Source: a virus. From it: a DNA stretch of 64,000 nt. The stretch covers positions 1 to 64,000 of the IMG/VR virus record IMGVR_UViG_3300037471_000902. One strand, given 5' to 3'. This document shows, piece by piece, positions 52,801 to 63,600 of this stretch (within the stretch, counting starts at the first letter, position 1; each line of letters opens with the position of its first letter). Under the pieces are notes generated by a model. It did not search any database and had not been told where the DNA came from. It saw only the letters and a list, made by a program, of their open reading frames with translations. Both the position numbers and the translations under genes were made by a program.

Positions 52801-53839
52801 CACCACCGGCATGACTTGGTACCAAGTCTACACGTCAAATGACTCCGCAACAGCTAACACTGCCAACGCTCTTGTTCTGCGTGATGGTTCTGGTAACTTC
52901 AGCGCTGGCACAATCACTGCTACGCTGTCTGGTAACGCAACATCAGCGACCACTGCAACTAACTCGACGAACGCGGCGATCACTGATGACACGTCAACCA
53001 ACGCGTCGATGTTCCTCGCATGGGTTACTACAGCGTCTGGCAACCAGGCAGTGAAGGTAAGCTCTACAAAGCTGACATTCAACCCATCAACTGGTGTGCT
53101 GACAGCGTCGGGTGGTTTCTCTGGAACGGCTACAAACGCAACGAACACTGCGATCACAGATGACACAGCGACTAACTCGACGATGTACCCTATGTTCGTC
53201 GCGGCAGCATCTGGTAACCAGCCAAACAAGGTAAGCTCCACAAAGCTAACCTATAACCCATCAACTGGAACATTGTCTGCAACCACGTTCAGTGGTGCGT
53301 TGAGTGGAACTGCGACGAACGCAACGAACATTGCGATCACCGATGATACCTCTACTAACGCCACGATGTACCCAGTGTGGGTTACTACAGCATCTGGTAA
53401 CCAGGCTGCTAAGGTGTCAAGCTCGAAGATGTCGTTCAACCCTTCAACGGGTACTGTAACAGCGTCTAACTTCAACACTGCTGGAACCACGACAACTGGT
53501 ACCACAGCGTATGGATCAAATGCGACAGTAACGACGGGTTCTGCATCTGTGACCACGACGTCAACTACAACTGTTGACACATGGCTTGCTACATCATATC
53601 GTTCTGCGCGCTATACAGTACAGATTGCTGATGGAACTAGCTATGAAACAGCTGATATGCTGATCATCCATGATGGTACAACAGCATACGTTACTGTCTT
53701 CGGTAACGTGTTCACGTCAGCATTCTCGTTGGGTAACTTTGACGCATCCATCGCGACTGGTACGCTTAGCGTCACCTATACCGCGACGGCAGCTACTTCC
53801 AAAACCGTGAAGTTTACTCGCCAGCTAATGACTGTCTAA
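49802..53839 (+). CDS. Long modular fibre protein
   Basis: Thr/Gly/Ala/Ser-rich; DR.LVKNQ..NGIY x2, ITDDT..NPSTG x4; TAAATA at 49766. Confidence 0.85.
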   Translation: MATIKDFFVKQGAQATTTLVAGAGQANQLTLAGGASGSPGIVSLTASGTDTNINVNVVTKGTGIFTVNGNPITVTPAGTSGQVQYNNSGSFGAYSITGTAGSVVMSNAPTVVGGSFTALTTLTVRNAGTGAFDMSVSHNGTLTANRTLTVNLNDASRTLSLAGDLTLAGAFTTSGANALTLTTTGSTNVTLPTAGTLATLAGTETFTNKTLTTPQINAATVGVNAAVTAGTNAQGQGALTSDINVITTNASNPGGVTLPTATVGRWVSIVNKSANPLKVYPASGAAIDAGAANASIDLPAGGKLEFLASSTTLWHSSATGAKGNGILTLAGNLTTSGAFATTFTMTGATSVTFPTSGTLMTTTGNTSGQAGSVANAVTFNNGGAGAASGSTFNGSSAVTVSYNTIGAPSTTGTNASGTWGISISGTATNATNVGITDDTATNATMYPAWVTANTGNLPVKTTSTKLTFNPSTGVLSSTSFTGAGTGLTGTAGSLSIGGNAATATKVNNAVTFNNSNSGAASGTTFDGSSAITISTNTIGAVPLAGGTMTGSLTLNADPTQALHAATKQYVDATASGLDIKGSVRAATTAALTVTYSNGASGVGATLTNAGAQAAFVLDGVTLATNDRVLVKNQASAFQNGIYTVTNIGSGSTNWVLTRAVDADTATEVTPGLFTFIEEGTTLGDTGWILTSTGATTIGTTNLPFTQFSSAGVATAGNGIVQSGNVFHFAKSSNYTVGDLFYANSTTGLTTLTAVATGNAIISGGVGAAPSWGKINLDTSGTAHVTGTLQVGSGGSGATTLTGYLKGNGTSAFTASATIPGADINGNISGNAANVTGTVAIANGGTGVTSTTQWGIVYGASSTTYGTTAAGTAGQALVSNGSAAPTWQTLDMSYLPDSALKKSVKAATTASVTLAGSAPNTLDGVTLAANDRILVKNQATAAQNGIYIVQTLGTGANGTWVRSADADVASEIAGGFVNVDQGTVNGGLMFKTTFKTTDTLGTTGMTWYQVYTSNDSATANTANALVLRDGSGNFSAGTITATLSGNATSATTATNSTNAAITDDTSTNASMFLAWVTTASGNQAVKVSSTKLTFNPSTGVLTASGGFSGTATNATNTAITDDTATNSTMYPMFVAAASGNQPNKVSSTKLTYNPSTGTLSATTFSGALSGTATNATNIAITDDTSTNATMYPVWVTTASGNQAAKVSSSKMSFNPSTGTVTASNFNTAGTTTTGTTAYGSNATVTTGSASVTTTSTTTVDTWLATSYRSARYTVQIADGTSYETADMLIIHDGTTAYVTVFGNVFTSAFSLGNFDASIATGTLSVTYTATAATSKTVKFTRQLMTV

Positions 53840-53858
53840 CGACAGTTTTAATCAGGTT

Positions 53859-53887
53859 AAGGGGGACACCATTTAGGTGTCCCCCTT
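53859..53887 (+). terminator. 12-bp hairpin after the fibre gene
   Basis: AAGGGGGACACC-ATTTA-GGTGTCCCCCTT; weak U-tract. Confidence 0.65.
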
Positions 53888-53934
53888 CCTCATGCGCCAG
53901 TGGATAAATAAAGCGTTGATCGCTAGGAAATTTA

Positions 53935-56900
53935 ATGGCAACGAAAAACTTCTTCACACGCGCACTAGGCGTAGATTTTGGTAACTGGACGCTAAATCTT
54001 GACGCGTCAGGAACACCATTCACTGCCAACAGGTTGCTGTCATTTGACACTGCAGATTCAGATAGAACTATTTCTCTCTCAGGCAACTTAAGCATTGCCA
54101 ACAACTTCACAACGTCAGGGAATTTTCCTCTAACACTCACAACCACTGGTAGCACTAACGTCACGTTTCCAACTAGTGGAACATTAGCAGTAACGGGCTC
54201 AAACACCTTTACTGGAAATCAGACAATTTCTGCAGCGGGAAGCACCTCATCAGCTCAATTGGTGTTCTCTGGCACAACGATGAACTGGGTAGATTTTGGA
54301 ATACTTGGTTCCGCGGCTCCAGCGTTCACTACACGAAGCGCAGGAACCAAGATTGTTCTGTCAAACACATTGTCTGGTAGTGCTGCAGATTTCGCGTTGG
54401 GTATGGAATCTGGTGCGATGTGGTTCTCTGCTGCCGGAACAGGTAACAGCTTCAAATGGTATGGCGGCACTACCACTGCCATGACATTGACTGGTGGTGG
54501 TAACCTAACGACAACTGGTTCTCTTACTGTTGGTTCAGGGATTACTAGCGCAAACAACTACTTAACGTTGGCAAACCCAGGTATCGGTTTTGGTAACGGT
54601 TTCTCATTCACAAGAGGCACTGACCAAGCGGGTATTAACGTAATTGAAACAGCGAGTGATACCACGCTGTATGAAATTTGGATGGGTGATAACCCTGATG
54701 GGACATCAGACGCAATCCAGTTCAGATGGACTGATTGGCAGGGCGCCAACAGTATGGTTGTTCCATTTTATATGGCCGACAAATCTGTTCGTGTTGTTGG
54801 TTCACTTGCGCACTGGGGCACCATTTCTCAGCAAGGCGCAAGCAATTTCTACACGACAGCCAACACCAGTGCTATTAATGGAGCAGATAAACTTCTCCAA
54901 TTCAACACGATCGGAAAACTACGAGTTGTAGGTTCAACTGTTGACATAAACGCATTTGACGTCACTGGCTACAGTGCAACGAGCGGTAACTCGTTTTGGA
55001 TCAAGCTAGATACCACGACCACGTTTGCGTGGGGGTATGGGTCAGTTTCAACTGGCACCGCGACTGCGACTGGCATTGCACTGTCAACATCACCACAAAC
55101 ATTAGCCAACGGGGTGTCTGTCGGATTTACAGCGACAACCGGAGCTGTTGGTGATGCTTGGCATTGCCGAATTTACAAGGGCACAACTAGCTCACCAAAT
55201 GCTCTAGGAAGCACCAATATTACTGGTGTTCTAAACGTCAGTCAGACAACCGCGAACGCAATAAATGCCAGCCTTGCTAGCATGGGCAGCACCGCTGACA
55301 CAAACTTCAAGTTAGTAGTTGCCAACGGTTCTGGTACAAACGGAACCGGACAAGAAGTAGCGAATCTTGGTGTTCGCTATAATAGTGGATCGCTACTGTC
55401 TGGATTCAGCTTTATTCGTGGCGCTTCTTCTACTAACTCGTATTTTGATTTTTACTCTGACGGCTCGGTGCGCGGCCGCCTTACTGGTGGTGGAAACTTA
55501 TTAATCGGTACGACTACTGACGATGGTATCAGCAAATTGCAAGTCAGTGGTCAGGTAATGACCACTGCTAGCGTTAACCTCTCGTCAGGCAGTACGAACG
55601 GGGCTGGTTCGGGCGGGGTAGTGTTGGGTCTTAAGTTTGCGCAGGCAAACCCAGGTACCGCGACGAACTACAAGATTGCAACCTTACCAGTATCAAATGC
55701 CGCAACATTTGAACATCTTGTTCTGGAAGGTGTCTTTGATTCTGGTTGGGGTTCAGCCAACAAGACAACATTCAAGATTCTTGTTAGCAACCGTAACGCG
55801 CTCATTGTGCAATACGAAAAGGGTGCTGCTCGCCAATCACATATTGACATGTACACTGAAGCGGATGGTTCAGTGTCAGTGTGGCTTGTCATGGATGCTA
55901 GCACGTACACTTCAGCCACCGTCAATATGCACGGAGTTGGGTCGTCGCCAGCTAACCATATCCAGCTGTACCACAATCCAAGCACAGGCACGCCAACCGG
56001 TACTCTTTCGTTCAGCACCGCGACAGCCTCTCCAATCTATCAAACTTCTAGCGGTGGACGCTTCATCATTGGTTCTGGTACAGATGATGGCGTGAACAAG
56101 CTTCAGGTTAACGGCCTTGCGAACTTCAGCACGGACGTAAACGTTAACGGCGACATCTACGTCATTGGTGGTGATGTCAGAATTAGAAACTCTGGCACAG
56201 GTGCTTTTAACTTTGTTGAGCGTCACAGCGGTACTATGACCGCTGATAGGTCTCTTAACTGGGACTTGGGTGATGTTTCTCGCAACATTACCCTCGGTGG
56301 AAACATCACCACAGCTGGTAGCTTCACAATCTCCGGTGCATTCGCCACAACCCTGACAGTTACTGGCGCAACAACCCTGACATTGCCTACCTCTGGTACA
56401 GTCATTGCGACGGCGAGCATGCAGGGCGGTCGCTCCTATTTGACGCATGATTTCTCTACGTACATTCAGCTGTACGAGACAAAGTTCATCAACCCGACAG
56501 GATCAACAAACCTCCCTACTGGCTACTCTGGTAACGGATACTTATTTGGTATGGGCGCAGGTGACGTCGCCTCTCGCGGTTTTGAACTGCTTGGTTCCAG
56601 CTCTAACCAGTTATGGTACCGCGAGCGTGGATCTGGAGCGTGGATTCGAGTAGCAGGCACTGACCCAACTCAATATGGCACAGGCCAAACAAGCTATGCT
56701 ACTGGCGACATGCTCTATGCGTCTGCCACGAACGCGCTCAGCAAGCGAGCAATTGGCACAACAGGTCAAGCGCTAACCGTTTCAGGTGGAGTACCTACAT
56801 GGTCGACTCTCGACATGAGTTACCTGCCTGACGCTGTCTTCAAGAAATCAGTAAAGGCAGCAACGACAAGTACGTTAACTATTACAGCTCGCGCGTCCAC

Positions 56901-58929
56901 GACGTTAACTGTAGGTGGAACAGCCTTAACACTTGACGGTGTTTCCCTTGCAAACACCGATCGCGTGCTTGTTAAAGACAACACAACTGGCGTCGCAGGT
57001 GCAGGAGCAGCTGATAATGGCATCTACTCAGTAAGTGGTATTGGTACTTCTGTTGTTTTAACGCGAGTTGTTGACGCTGACATTAGTTCTGAGATCGCAG
57101 GTGCGGTGGTTGGTGTTGATCAAGGCACTGTGAATGGTGGACAGCTGTTCACGACTACCTTCAAGACAACCGATACCCTTGGCACTACGTCAATGCTGTG
57201 GTATCAAAACTATACATCGCAACAGTCAGCCACGGCCAACACAGCGAACACCCTCGTATTGCGCGACGGTTCTGGAAACTTTTCTGCAGGTACAATTACA
57301 GCTACTTCCTTCTCTGGTAGCGGTGCATCACTAACTAGCCTTAACGCTTCTAACCTTAGTTCTGGAACAGTAGCAACTGCACGATTAGGTAGTGGATCCG
57401 CATACAACGCATCCTTCTTACGCGGTGATGGAACATGGGCGCGTCCAGGTAATTCGATCGTGGCATCTGCTGTCAATACCGCTGGCACAGATCAGAACAA
57501 ATGGGCGCGTCTAGCAGCACTGACAATTACAGCGCAATTTGGCGATGCTAATATTTCTCTTGACATAACTGGTTTAGGAACTGGGTCAGGAACATCGAGC
57601 TTTGGCAGAGTGTATGTACGCGTTAAACAACAGAACGCGATGGCTGGCGTTCCAGTTTATTCCCTATACTGTGATGGCTTAGTTGTTCTTGATCCAACCC
57701 GTCTGGCACTTGTTATTGTTCAGAATGATGCAAGTGCCACAGTCGCGGAACTATGGATCAAGGCACCACTGACTTTTGAAACCATCTACGCCTTTGAACG
57801 TTTTGGGTATGTAAGCAGTGGGTCTATCAATTATTACACTGGTTCAACATATCAGGCAGCTCTTCCAGCAGGGTCATTTATCACCGCTGATCCGATGCCG
57901 GGATGGATATTGAATAGCGGCACCGGCGATTTCGGAATCAACGTGTCTCACAATGGCACCTTGACAGCCAACCGTAATCTATCGTGGAACCTGAATGATG
58001 CTGATCGTACGGTTAATTTGTCAGGTAACTTAACGCTTGCGGGCAACCTCACGACGGCCGGTGCGAACTCCATTACTTTGACGACCACTGCTCCAACTAG
58101 TGTTACGCTGCCTACGACTGGAACACTTGCAACAGTTGCAGACACCCTTGCGTTAGTGGGTGGGTACCCTGTTTCTGCGTCAAACACTGATTTAAACAGC
58201 TATACCACAACTACGGCATTCTTGCGCGGAACAAACATGACAAACGCGCCAGACTTAGGATGGTGGCAAGTTCTAGTTCAGACACACGACTCGGGTACAT
58301 TGTGGGTAATGCAAACAGCCTGGGCTTATCAAGCTGGTACACCTGCTACGACTGCAACTACGATGTACAAGAGAGCTCGAGTGAACGGTGTCTGGACAGC
58401 GTGGAACAAGATTATTGACAGCAACTCACTGATCCTTGCTAATACGCTCACCACGTCTGGTAACTTCGCGGTCACTCTGACTTCAACAGGAACAACCAAC
58501 GTTACCTTGCCGACTACTGGTACTCTTGCAACGCTTGCAGGAACAGAGACGCTGACGAACAAAACAATGTCGACAGGAAGTACATGGAATGGTAATGCTG
58601 TTCCTGTCGCCAATGGAGGAACTGGCGCGACTACAGCTTTATCAGCTCGTGCTAATTTGGCCGCGGCGACCTATACTGCAGACACTGCGGCACCGTCAAA
58701 TCCAAATGACGGTGACAAATGGCTAAATACAACCACTGGCATTGAGTTCACCTACGTTGATGATGGTACATCAGCACAGTGGGTTGAATTAGGTGGAACA
58801 TTGGTCACGCAGAATGGTGCGCAGACGTACATAAGTGACACCCAACCAACAGATTCAGGACCATATTTCTGGATACAGACCGGAACAGGCTCAGATGGAA
58901 CAGGCGTAATGCTCTGGTTCAACGTGTAA
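53935..58929 (+). CDS. Long modular fibre protein
   Basis: Repeated LTTSG..TLT.TG.T.VTLPT.GTLA, IG.GTDDG..KLQV x2, W..W module; TAAATA at 53905. Confidence 0.85.
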   Translation: MATKNFFTRALGVDFGNWTLNLDASGTPFTANRLLSFDTADSDRTISLSGNLSIANNFTTSGNFPLTLTTTGSTNVTFPTSGTLAVTGSNTFTGNQTISAAGSTSSAQLVFSGTTMNWVDFGILGSAAPAFTTRSAGTKIVLSNTLSGSAADFALGMESGAMWFSAAGTGNSFKWYGGTTTAMTLTGGGNLTTTGSLTVGSGITSANNYLTLANPGIGFGNGFSFTRGTDQAGINVIETASDTTLYEIWMGDNPDGTSDAIQFRWTDWQGANSMVVPFYMADKSVRVVGSLAHWGTISQQGASNFYTTANTSAINGADKLLQFNTIGKLRVVGSTVDINAFDVTGYSATSGNSFWIKLDTTTTFAWGYGSVSTGTATATGIALSTSPQTLANGVSVGFTATTGAVGDAWHCRIYKGTTSSPNALGSTNITGVLNVSQTTANAINASLASMGSTADTNFKLVVANGSGTNGTGQEVANLGVRYNSGSLLSGFSFIRGASSTNSYFDFYSDGSVRGRLTGGGNLLIGTTTDDGISKLQVSGQVMTTASVNLSSGSTNGAGSGGVVLGLKFAQANPGTATNYKIATLPVSNAATFEHLVLEGVFDSGWGSANKTTFKILVSNRNALIVQYEKGAARQSHIDMYTEADGSVSVWLVMDASTYTSATVNMHGVGSSPANHIQLYHNPSTGTPTGTLSFSTATASPIYQTSSGGRFIIGSGTDDGVNKLQVNGLANFSTDVNVNGDIYVIGGDVRIRNSGTGAFNFVERHSGTMTADRSLNWDLGDVSRNITLGGNITTAGSFTISGAFATTLTVTGATTLTLPTSGTVIATASMQGGRSYLTHDFSTYIQLYETKFINPTGSTNLPTGYSGNGYLFGMGAGDVASRGFELLGSSSNQLWYRERGSGAWIRVAGTDPTQYGTGQTSYATGDMLYASATNALSKRAIGTTGQALTVSGGVPTWSTLDMSYLPDAVFKKSVKAATTSTLTITARASTTLTVGGTALTLDGVSLANTDRVLVKDNTTGVAGAGAADNGIYSVSGIGTSVVLTRVVDADISSEIAGAVVGVDQGTVNGGQLFTTTFKTTDTLGTTSMLWYQNYTSQQSATANTANTLVLRDGSGNFSAGTITATSFSGSGASLTSLNASNLSSGTVATARLGSGSAYNASFLRGDGTWARPGNSIVASAVNTAGTDQNKWARLAALTITAQFGDANISLDITGLGTGSGTSSFGRVYVRVKQQNAMAGVPVYSLYCDGLVVLDPTRLALVIVQNDASATVAELWIKAPLTFETIYAFERFGYVSSGSINYYTGSTYQAALPAGSFITADPMPGWILNSGTGDFGINVSHNGTLTANRNLSWNLNDADRTVNLSGNLTLAGNLTTAGANSITLTTTAPTSVTLPTTGTLATVADTLALVGGYPVSASNTDLNSYTTTTAFLRGTNMTNAPDLGWWQVLVQTHDSGTLWVMQTAWAYQAGTPATTATTMYKRARVNGVWTAWNKIIDSNSLILANTLTTSGNFAVTLTSTGTTNVTLPTTGTLATLAGTETLTNKTMSTGSTWNGNAVPVANGGTGATTALSARANLAAATYTADTAAPSNPNDGDKWLNTTTGIEFTYVDDGTSAQWVELGGTLVTQNGAQTYISDTQPTDSGPYFWIQTGTGSDGTGVMLWFNV

Positions 58930-58942
58930 ATAAGGAATAGAA

Positions 58943-59239
58943 ATGGCATTGCAAAACCTATTAGGCGATATAGCACTTGACTCGAATCTTCAGAAGATCG
59001 CAGAATATCTTGAAGTGATTGCTTCAACAATTGGTAGAACTTACCCGGATTCAAACGGTCGTCTTCAGGTTAACGTTGCAGCAGGCACTCTTCCCACCGT
59101 GACAACTGTCACCACCGTAAGCACCGTAAGCACCGTTACTAACGCCACTCAGCAAAGTGGATATAGCACTGCATACGATCAGTATTGCCAAATGATGACT
59201 AACGCATCATATATCAGAAGCAGAATCACCACAAGTTAA
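58943..59239 (+). CDS. Small virion protein with TV(T/S) repeats
   Basis: PTVTTVTTVSTVSTVT; TAAATA at 58927 and AAGGA SD. Confidence 0.65.
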   Translation: MALQNLLGDIALDSNLQKIAEYLEVIASTIGRTYPDSNGRLQVNVAAGTLPTVTTVTTVSTVSTVTNATQQSGYSTAYDQYCQMMTNASYIRSRITTS

Positions 59240-59246
59240 ATAGAAA

Positions 59247-60662
59247 ATGACGACTACAGTTAACCTTAAGAGACTACTTGATCGCAAACAGTGGGAAATG
59301 TGCAGCTTCGCACCGGTGACAACTGGTGCGGGCATGTTCGTGGCATCAAGTGGACTGTTTGATCAATACCAATATTTGGTTGCATCAAACACCACCGCAT
59401 ATGTGTATGATCCATTTGAAGATGGATGGACAACATTGCCTTCTCCTGCATTAGCTGGTACTTTTGGTGCGGGGACTGCTGGAACAAGGCATCCCGCAGG
59501 ACCACGGGGATTCCCAACTGCTGGAACGACGACCACCATCACAACGTCGCTTAACCTGCAACGTCAACTTTCTGGATATGTGATTCGTATCATTGCCGGT
59601 CCCAATGCTGGAAGTGAATACACGATTTTGAGGAACACGACAGGTTCAAACTCAATCATTACGATCACTGGAACGGCAGCTCAAGCCTTTACTACCGCGA
59701 GTGAATTCATTCTGGTGACTGGTCGCTTATGGGTTGTTAACGGTGGTACTCTTGCATCTGGTTCTTTCAAGTACTACGATTTAGCTACCAACACGTGGAA
59801 CAACGCGACACAGACTGGTCTTCCAGCCACAATCGGCACTGATAGTAGATTGGTTGCAACTCCCGGGTATCTACTAAACAACTTTGTCACGGCGACAGCG
59901 ACTGTCTTTTCTACCACTACTATTGGAACTGGCTCGGCTACATGGGCGACAAACATGTGGACTAACTATCAAGTTCGCATCACGAGTGGAACTGGTGCTG
60001 GACAATTTAGATCAATTGCATCTAATACTGCAACAACTCTAACAGTTTCATCAGCGTGGACAACTACCCCAGATGGAACATCTCAGTACGTTATTGAGGG
60101 AAATGATGACTACATCTATTACCTAGGTAACAACGCGGTGACGATGTACCGCTATAGCATCTCGGGTAACACGTGGTCGACACTATCGCCTGTTGCTGCC
60201 CGTACTGGTGCACCTGTCGCCGGTATGAGTGCGCATTGGGTTTATAACGTCAGCGATTCTTCTTGGAGTGATCTAACTGGCGCGACTAACTTCTTGAATG
60301 GCCGCTACATCTACTCGTTTAGAGGCGGCGCGGCAACACTAGATCGCTATGACATCGCGGCAAACACGTGGGAAAGTGACGTTGCATACGCACCCAAGGG
60401 CGAAACACTAAGTTCTGGCTCAAGCTATGCATACGCAGATGACTACATCTACGTAAACCTAACTAATACCGGACGTGTTGTCAAGTATAACGTCGCAAAG
60501 CAATTGCTTGAACCTTTTACCCAACTCTTCTACGCACAGAGCACCACAGCGCTTGGTGATCGCTTCTTTGATGTGGTTTATACTGATGGAGCGACAAAGC
60601 TTCGCTGGCTTTACTTCATCACGCACACTCAAACTGCGATGTTCAGAATTTTGGTATTTTAA
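59247..60662 (+). CDS. Kelch-like beta-propeller virion protein
   Basis: Repeated Y.YD....W blades; TAAATA at 59237. Confidence 0.65.
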   Translation: MTTTVNLKRLLDRKQWEMCSFAPVTTGAGMFVASSGLFDQYQYLVASNTTAYVYDPFEDGWTTLPSPALAGTFGAGTAGTRHPAGPRGFPTAGTTTTITTSLNLQRQLSGYVIRIIAGPNAGSEYTILRNTTGSNSIITITGTAAQAFTTASEFILVTGRLWVVNGGTLASGSFKYYDLATNTWNNATQTGLPATIGTDSRLVATPGYLLNNFVTATATVFSTTTIGTGSATWATNMWTNYQVRITSGTGAGQFRSIASNTATTLTVSSAWTTTPDGTSQYVIEGNDDYIYYLGNNAVTMYRYSISGNTWSTLSPVAARTGAPVAGMSAHWVYNVSDSSWSDLTGATNFLNGRYIYSFRGGAATLDRYDIAANTWESDVAYAPKGETLSSGSSYAYADDYIYVNLTNTGRVVKYNVAKQLLEPFTQLFYAQSTTALGDRFFDVVYTDGATKLRWLYFITHTQTAMFRILVF

Positions 60663-60665
60663 TCT

Positions 60666-63600
60666 ATGGCGCTTAATTTTCCGTCAAGTCCTACGCCTGG
60701 ACAAACATATACGTTCGGCTCTAAGACCTGGACGTGGGATGGCACTGTCTGGAATCTAACACCAACTGTAGCATTGTCGAGTCAGTATGGTGGTACCGGC
60801 GTGAACAACGCCGGGAAAACTATTACACTTGGTGGTAATCTAACAACGTCTGGATCAAATGATCTGACGTTTACAACAACTGGTTCCACAAACATTACAT
60901 TGCCAACAACTGGGACAGTAGCTACACTTGATGGTGTTGAGACATTCACGAACAAGACGATATCAGCACCAGTTGTTATTGGACCAGTTGACCAACGCGA
61001 TGGAACAACAGGACAAGACTATAGACTCTATAACACCTATACAGACGCATCTAATTACGAGCGTGCATACCTACGTTGGACTGGAAACGTCTTAAAGTTC
61101 GGTACTGAAGCTGCAGGAACTGGTGTGGTTCGTGACATTTGGGTAGTTGCAGGTACTGGCGGAAACGTGTATATTGGGGCGAACACCGCACCACGGTGGC
61201 TGGTCAACAACACTGCGGCCTTCCTGCCAGCTGCTGATAACACACAGACAATTGGCAGCGCGAGCGCTCAAGTGTCTGTTGTGTATATTGGTAGCCGCAT
61301 TCAATTAAACGCAGTCGGATACCTTGCGTGGGGAGCCGACACGAACATGTACCGGGAGGCAGCAAGTACTCTTGCTTATCGCAACGGTGGCCAGCCTAAC
61401 ACGTTGCGAATCTACAACACATACACTGACGCATCAAACTATGAACGTTTGAGACTTGGATTTGCAACCAACATTGCATATCTAAGCACTGAGTCCTTAG
61501 GCACCGGTACGCAGCGTGGTTTGGTTATCAACGCGGCCACTCAGGATTTTCAGATCGCAGGTTCAACAAAATGGTCAATTGACAGTAGCGGAAATCTAAC
61601 AGCTACTGGATCGAATGACATTACTACGTCTGGCGACTTCACGGCTGGTAACCATCGTATATTCAGCTTCACTCGCACAGTTCCAACAACTGTTGGTGTT
61701 GAAGTCGACATAGGCACATTTTCATTACTAACTGTTGGCACGACGAATATTGACATGTGGATCAACGTTCAGAGCAGCAGTTTTTCTGTCGCCAAGCGCT
61801 ACAACATCCCAGTCACTTATGGAGCAACAAGTGGTGCTTGGCAGACGGTGGTGCCAATCAATAATTCTGGTCCGTACTTAGGTAATGACTTTGACTTAGA
61901 GATCCAGGTAAACTCCGGATCAGCGCTCTTACGTATGCGCCGTTCCGCTGGAACAACTGCGGGCACAGCCTACATCGTAATGTCTGTAGCTGGTGTGTCA
62001 AGTGACGCATTTTCACCGTCCACTACCACATCCGCAGTGGCAGCACCGACCGTTAAGTACGCGCCAGCGCTGGTGAATATTGACACAGTCACTAACCCAG
62101 ATATTAATGGTGGTACAGTTGATTCGCTAACCACACTTTCTATTCGTAACCAGGGAACTGGTGCTTTTGATCTATCTTTTGTGCATAACGGCACAATGAC
62201 CGCAGGGCGATCACTGACTCTTAATGTCAACGACGCATCACGCAGTATTAGCCTGAGTGGTGATCTAACGCTTGCGTCAGCACTCACTACTGTCGGTGCA
62301 TTCACGCTGTCGTTAACAACTACTGGAACAACTAACGTCACCTTACCAACAACAGGAACGCTTGCCACGTTAGCAGGCACCGAGACGTTTACTAACAAGA
62401 CGATTGGCGATACTTTAACTCTGGGTGCTGCTGGAAGTGCAACTTCACCGCAAATTTTGCTGAACGGCTCCAGTATGAACTGGATTCAGTTCACGATTGC
62501 GGGTGTTGGTGCACCAGCATTCACAACAAGAAGTTCAGGTACGAAGCTTGTGCTGTGGCCTCAAGTCGACGCTACGAACGTCGACTATGCAATAGGCATA
62601 GAGAACTCTAACATTTGGTTTAGTGTTCCAACCTCGGCTAGCCAGTATGGTTTTAAGTGGTACACAGGTACGACCAACGCTGCCACTCTGAATTCTGTTG
62701 GTTTAACCGTTACTGGTACGATCGCGGCGTCTAATCTGAGTTTAGGTGGAAACTTTGCTACGTCTGGCGCGAGTGCTCTCACTCTGACAACGACTGGCGC
62801 GACGAACGTCACACTTCCTACCGCAGGTACACTTGCGACTCTGGCTGGAACGGAAACGCTCACAAATAAGACACTGACCACGCCGCAAATTAACGCAGCT
62901 ACGGTCGGTGTGGCGGCTACTGTCACCGCAGGTACTAATGCGCAAGGCCAGGGTGCATTGACGTCAGATATAAACGTCGTCACAACAGCCTCTAACAATC
63001 CTAGTGGTGTGACACTACCAACGGCGACGGTGGGCCGTTGGGTGAGTATTGTGAACTCGGGTGCCAATCCATTAAAAGTCTATCCTGCTTCAGGTGCAGC
63101 AATTGATGGTTTGGGAGCGAACGTCGCTGTTGATCTACCAGTTGGTGCTAAGCTAGAATTTTTAGCTTCGACAACAACAAAATGGCATTCATCAGCAACT
63201 GGTGCCAAGGGAGCGGGTGTTCTGACACTCGCTGGCAACTTGACAACGTCTGGTGCGTTCGCCACAACACTCACGATGACTGGTGCTACCAGCGTCACGC
63301 TTCCAACAGCTGGTACCCTTGCAACACTTGCTGGTACTGAAACACTCTCGAACAAAACTATCAGCGGTGGCACGTTCTCTGGCACGATCGCTGGAACTCC
63401 TACTATTTCTGGCAACTGGACCATGGACGGGGCATTCCCCGGCATGTACCTAAACGAGAACGATCAGGGAACTGACCTTAAGAAGTGGTTCATGGTCGTA
63501 GATGGACAGCAATTCCAGTTTCAGACGCGAACTGACGCGAACGCTGTTATCGCAACACCATTTGCGGTGAATAGATCTGGAAACTTGACTGTTCTGGGAA

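Noticed and set aside
50320-63350. Possible diversity-generating retroelement template/variable repeat pair
   Set aside because: Differences are mainly synonymous and not adenine-specific, both copies are coding, and no reverse transcriptase is in the window
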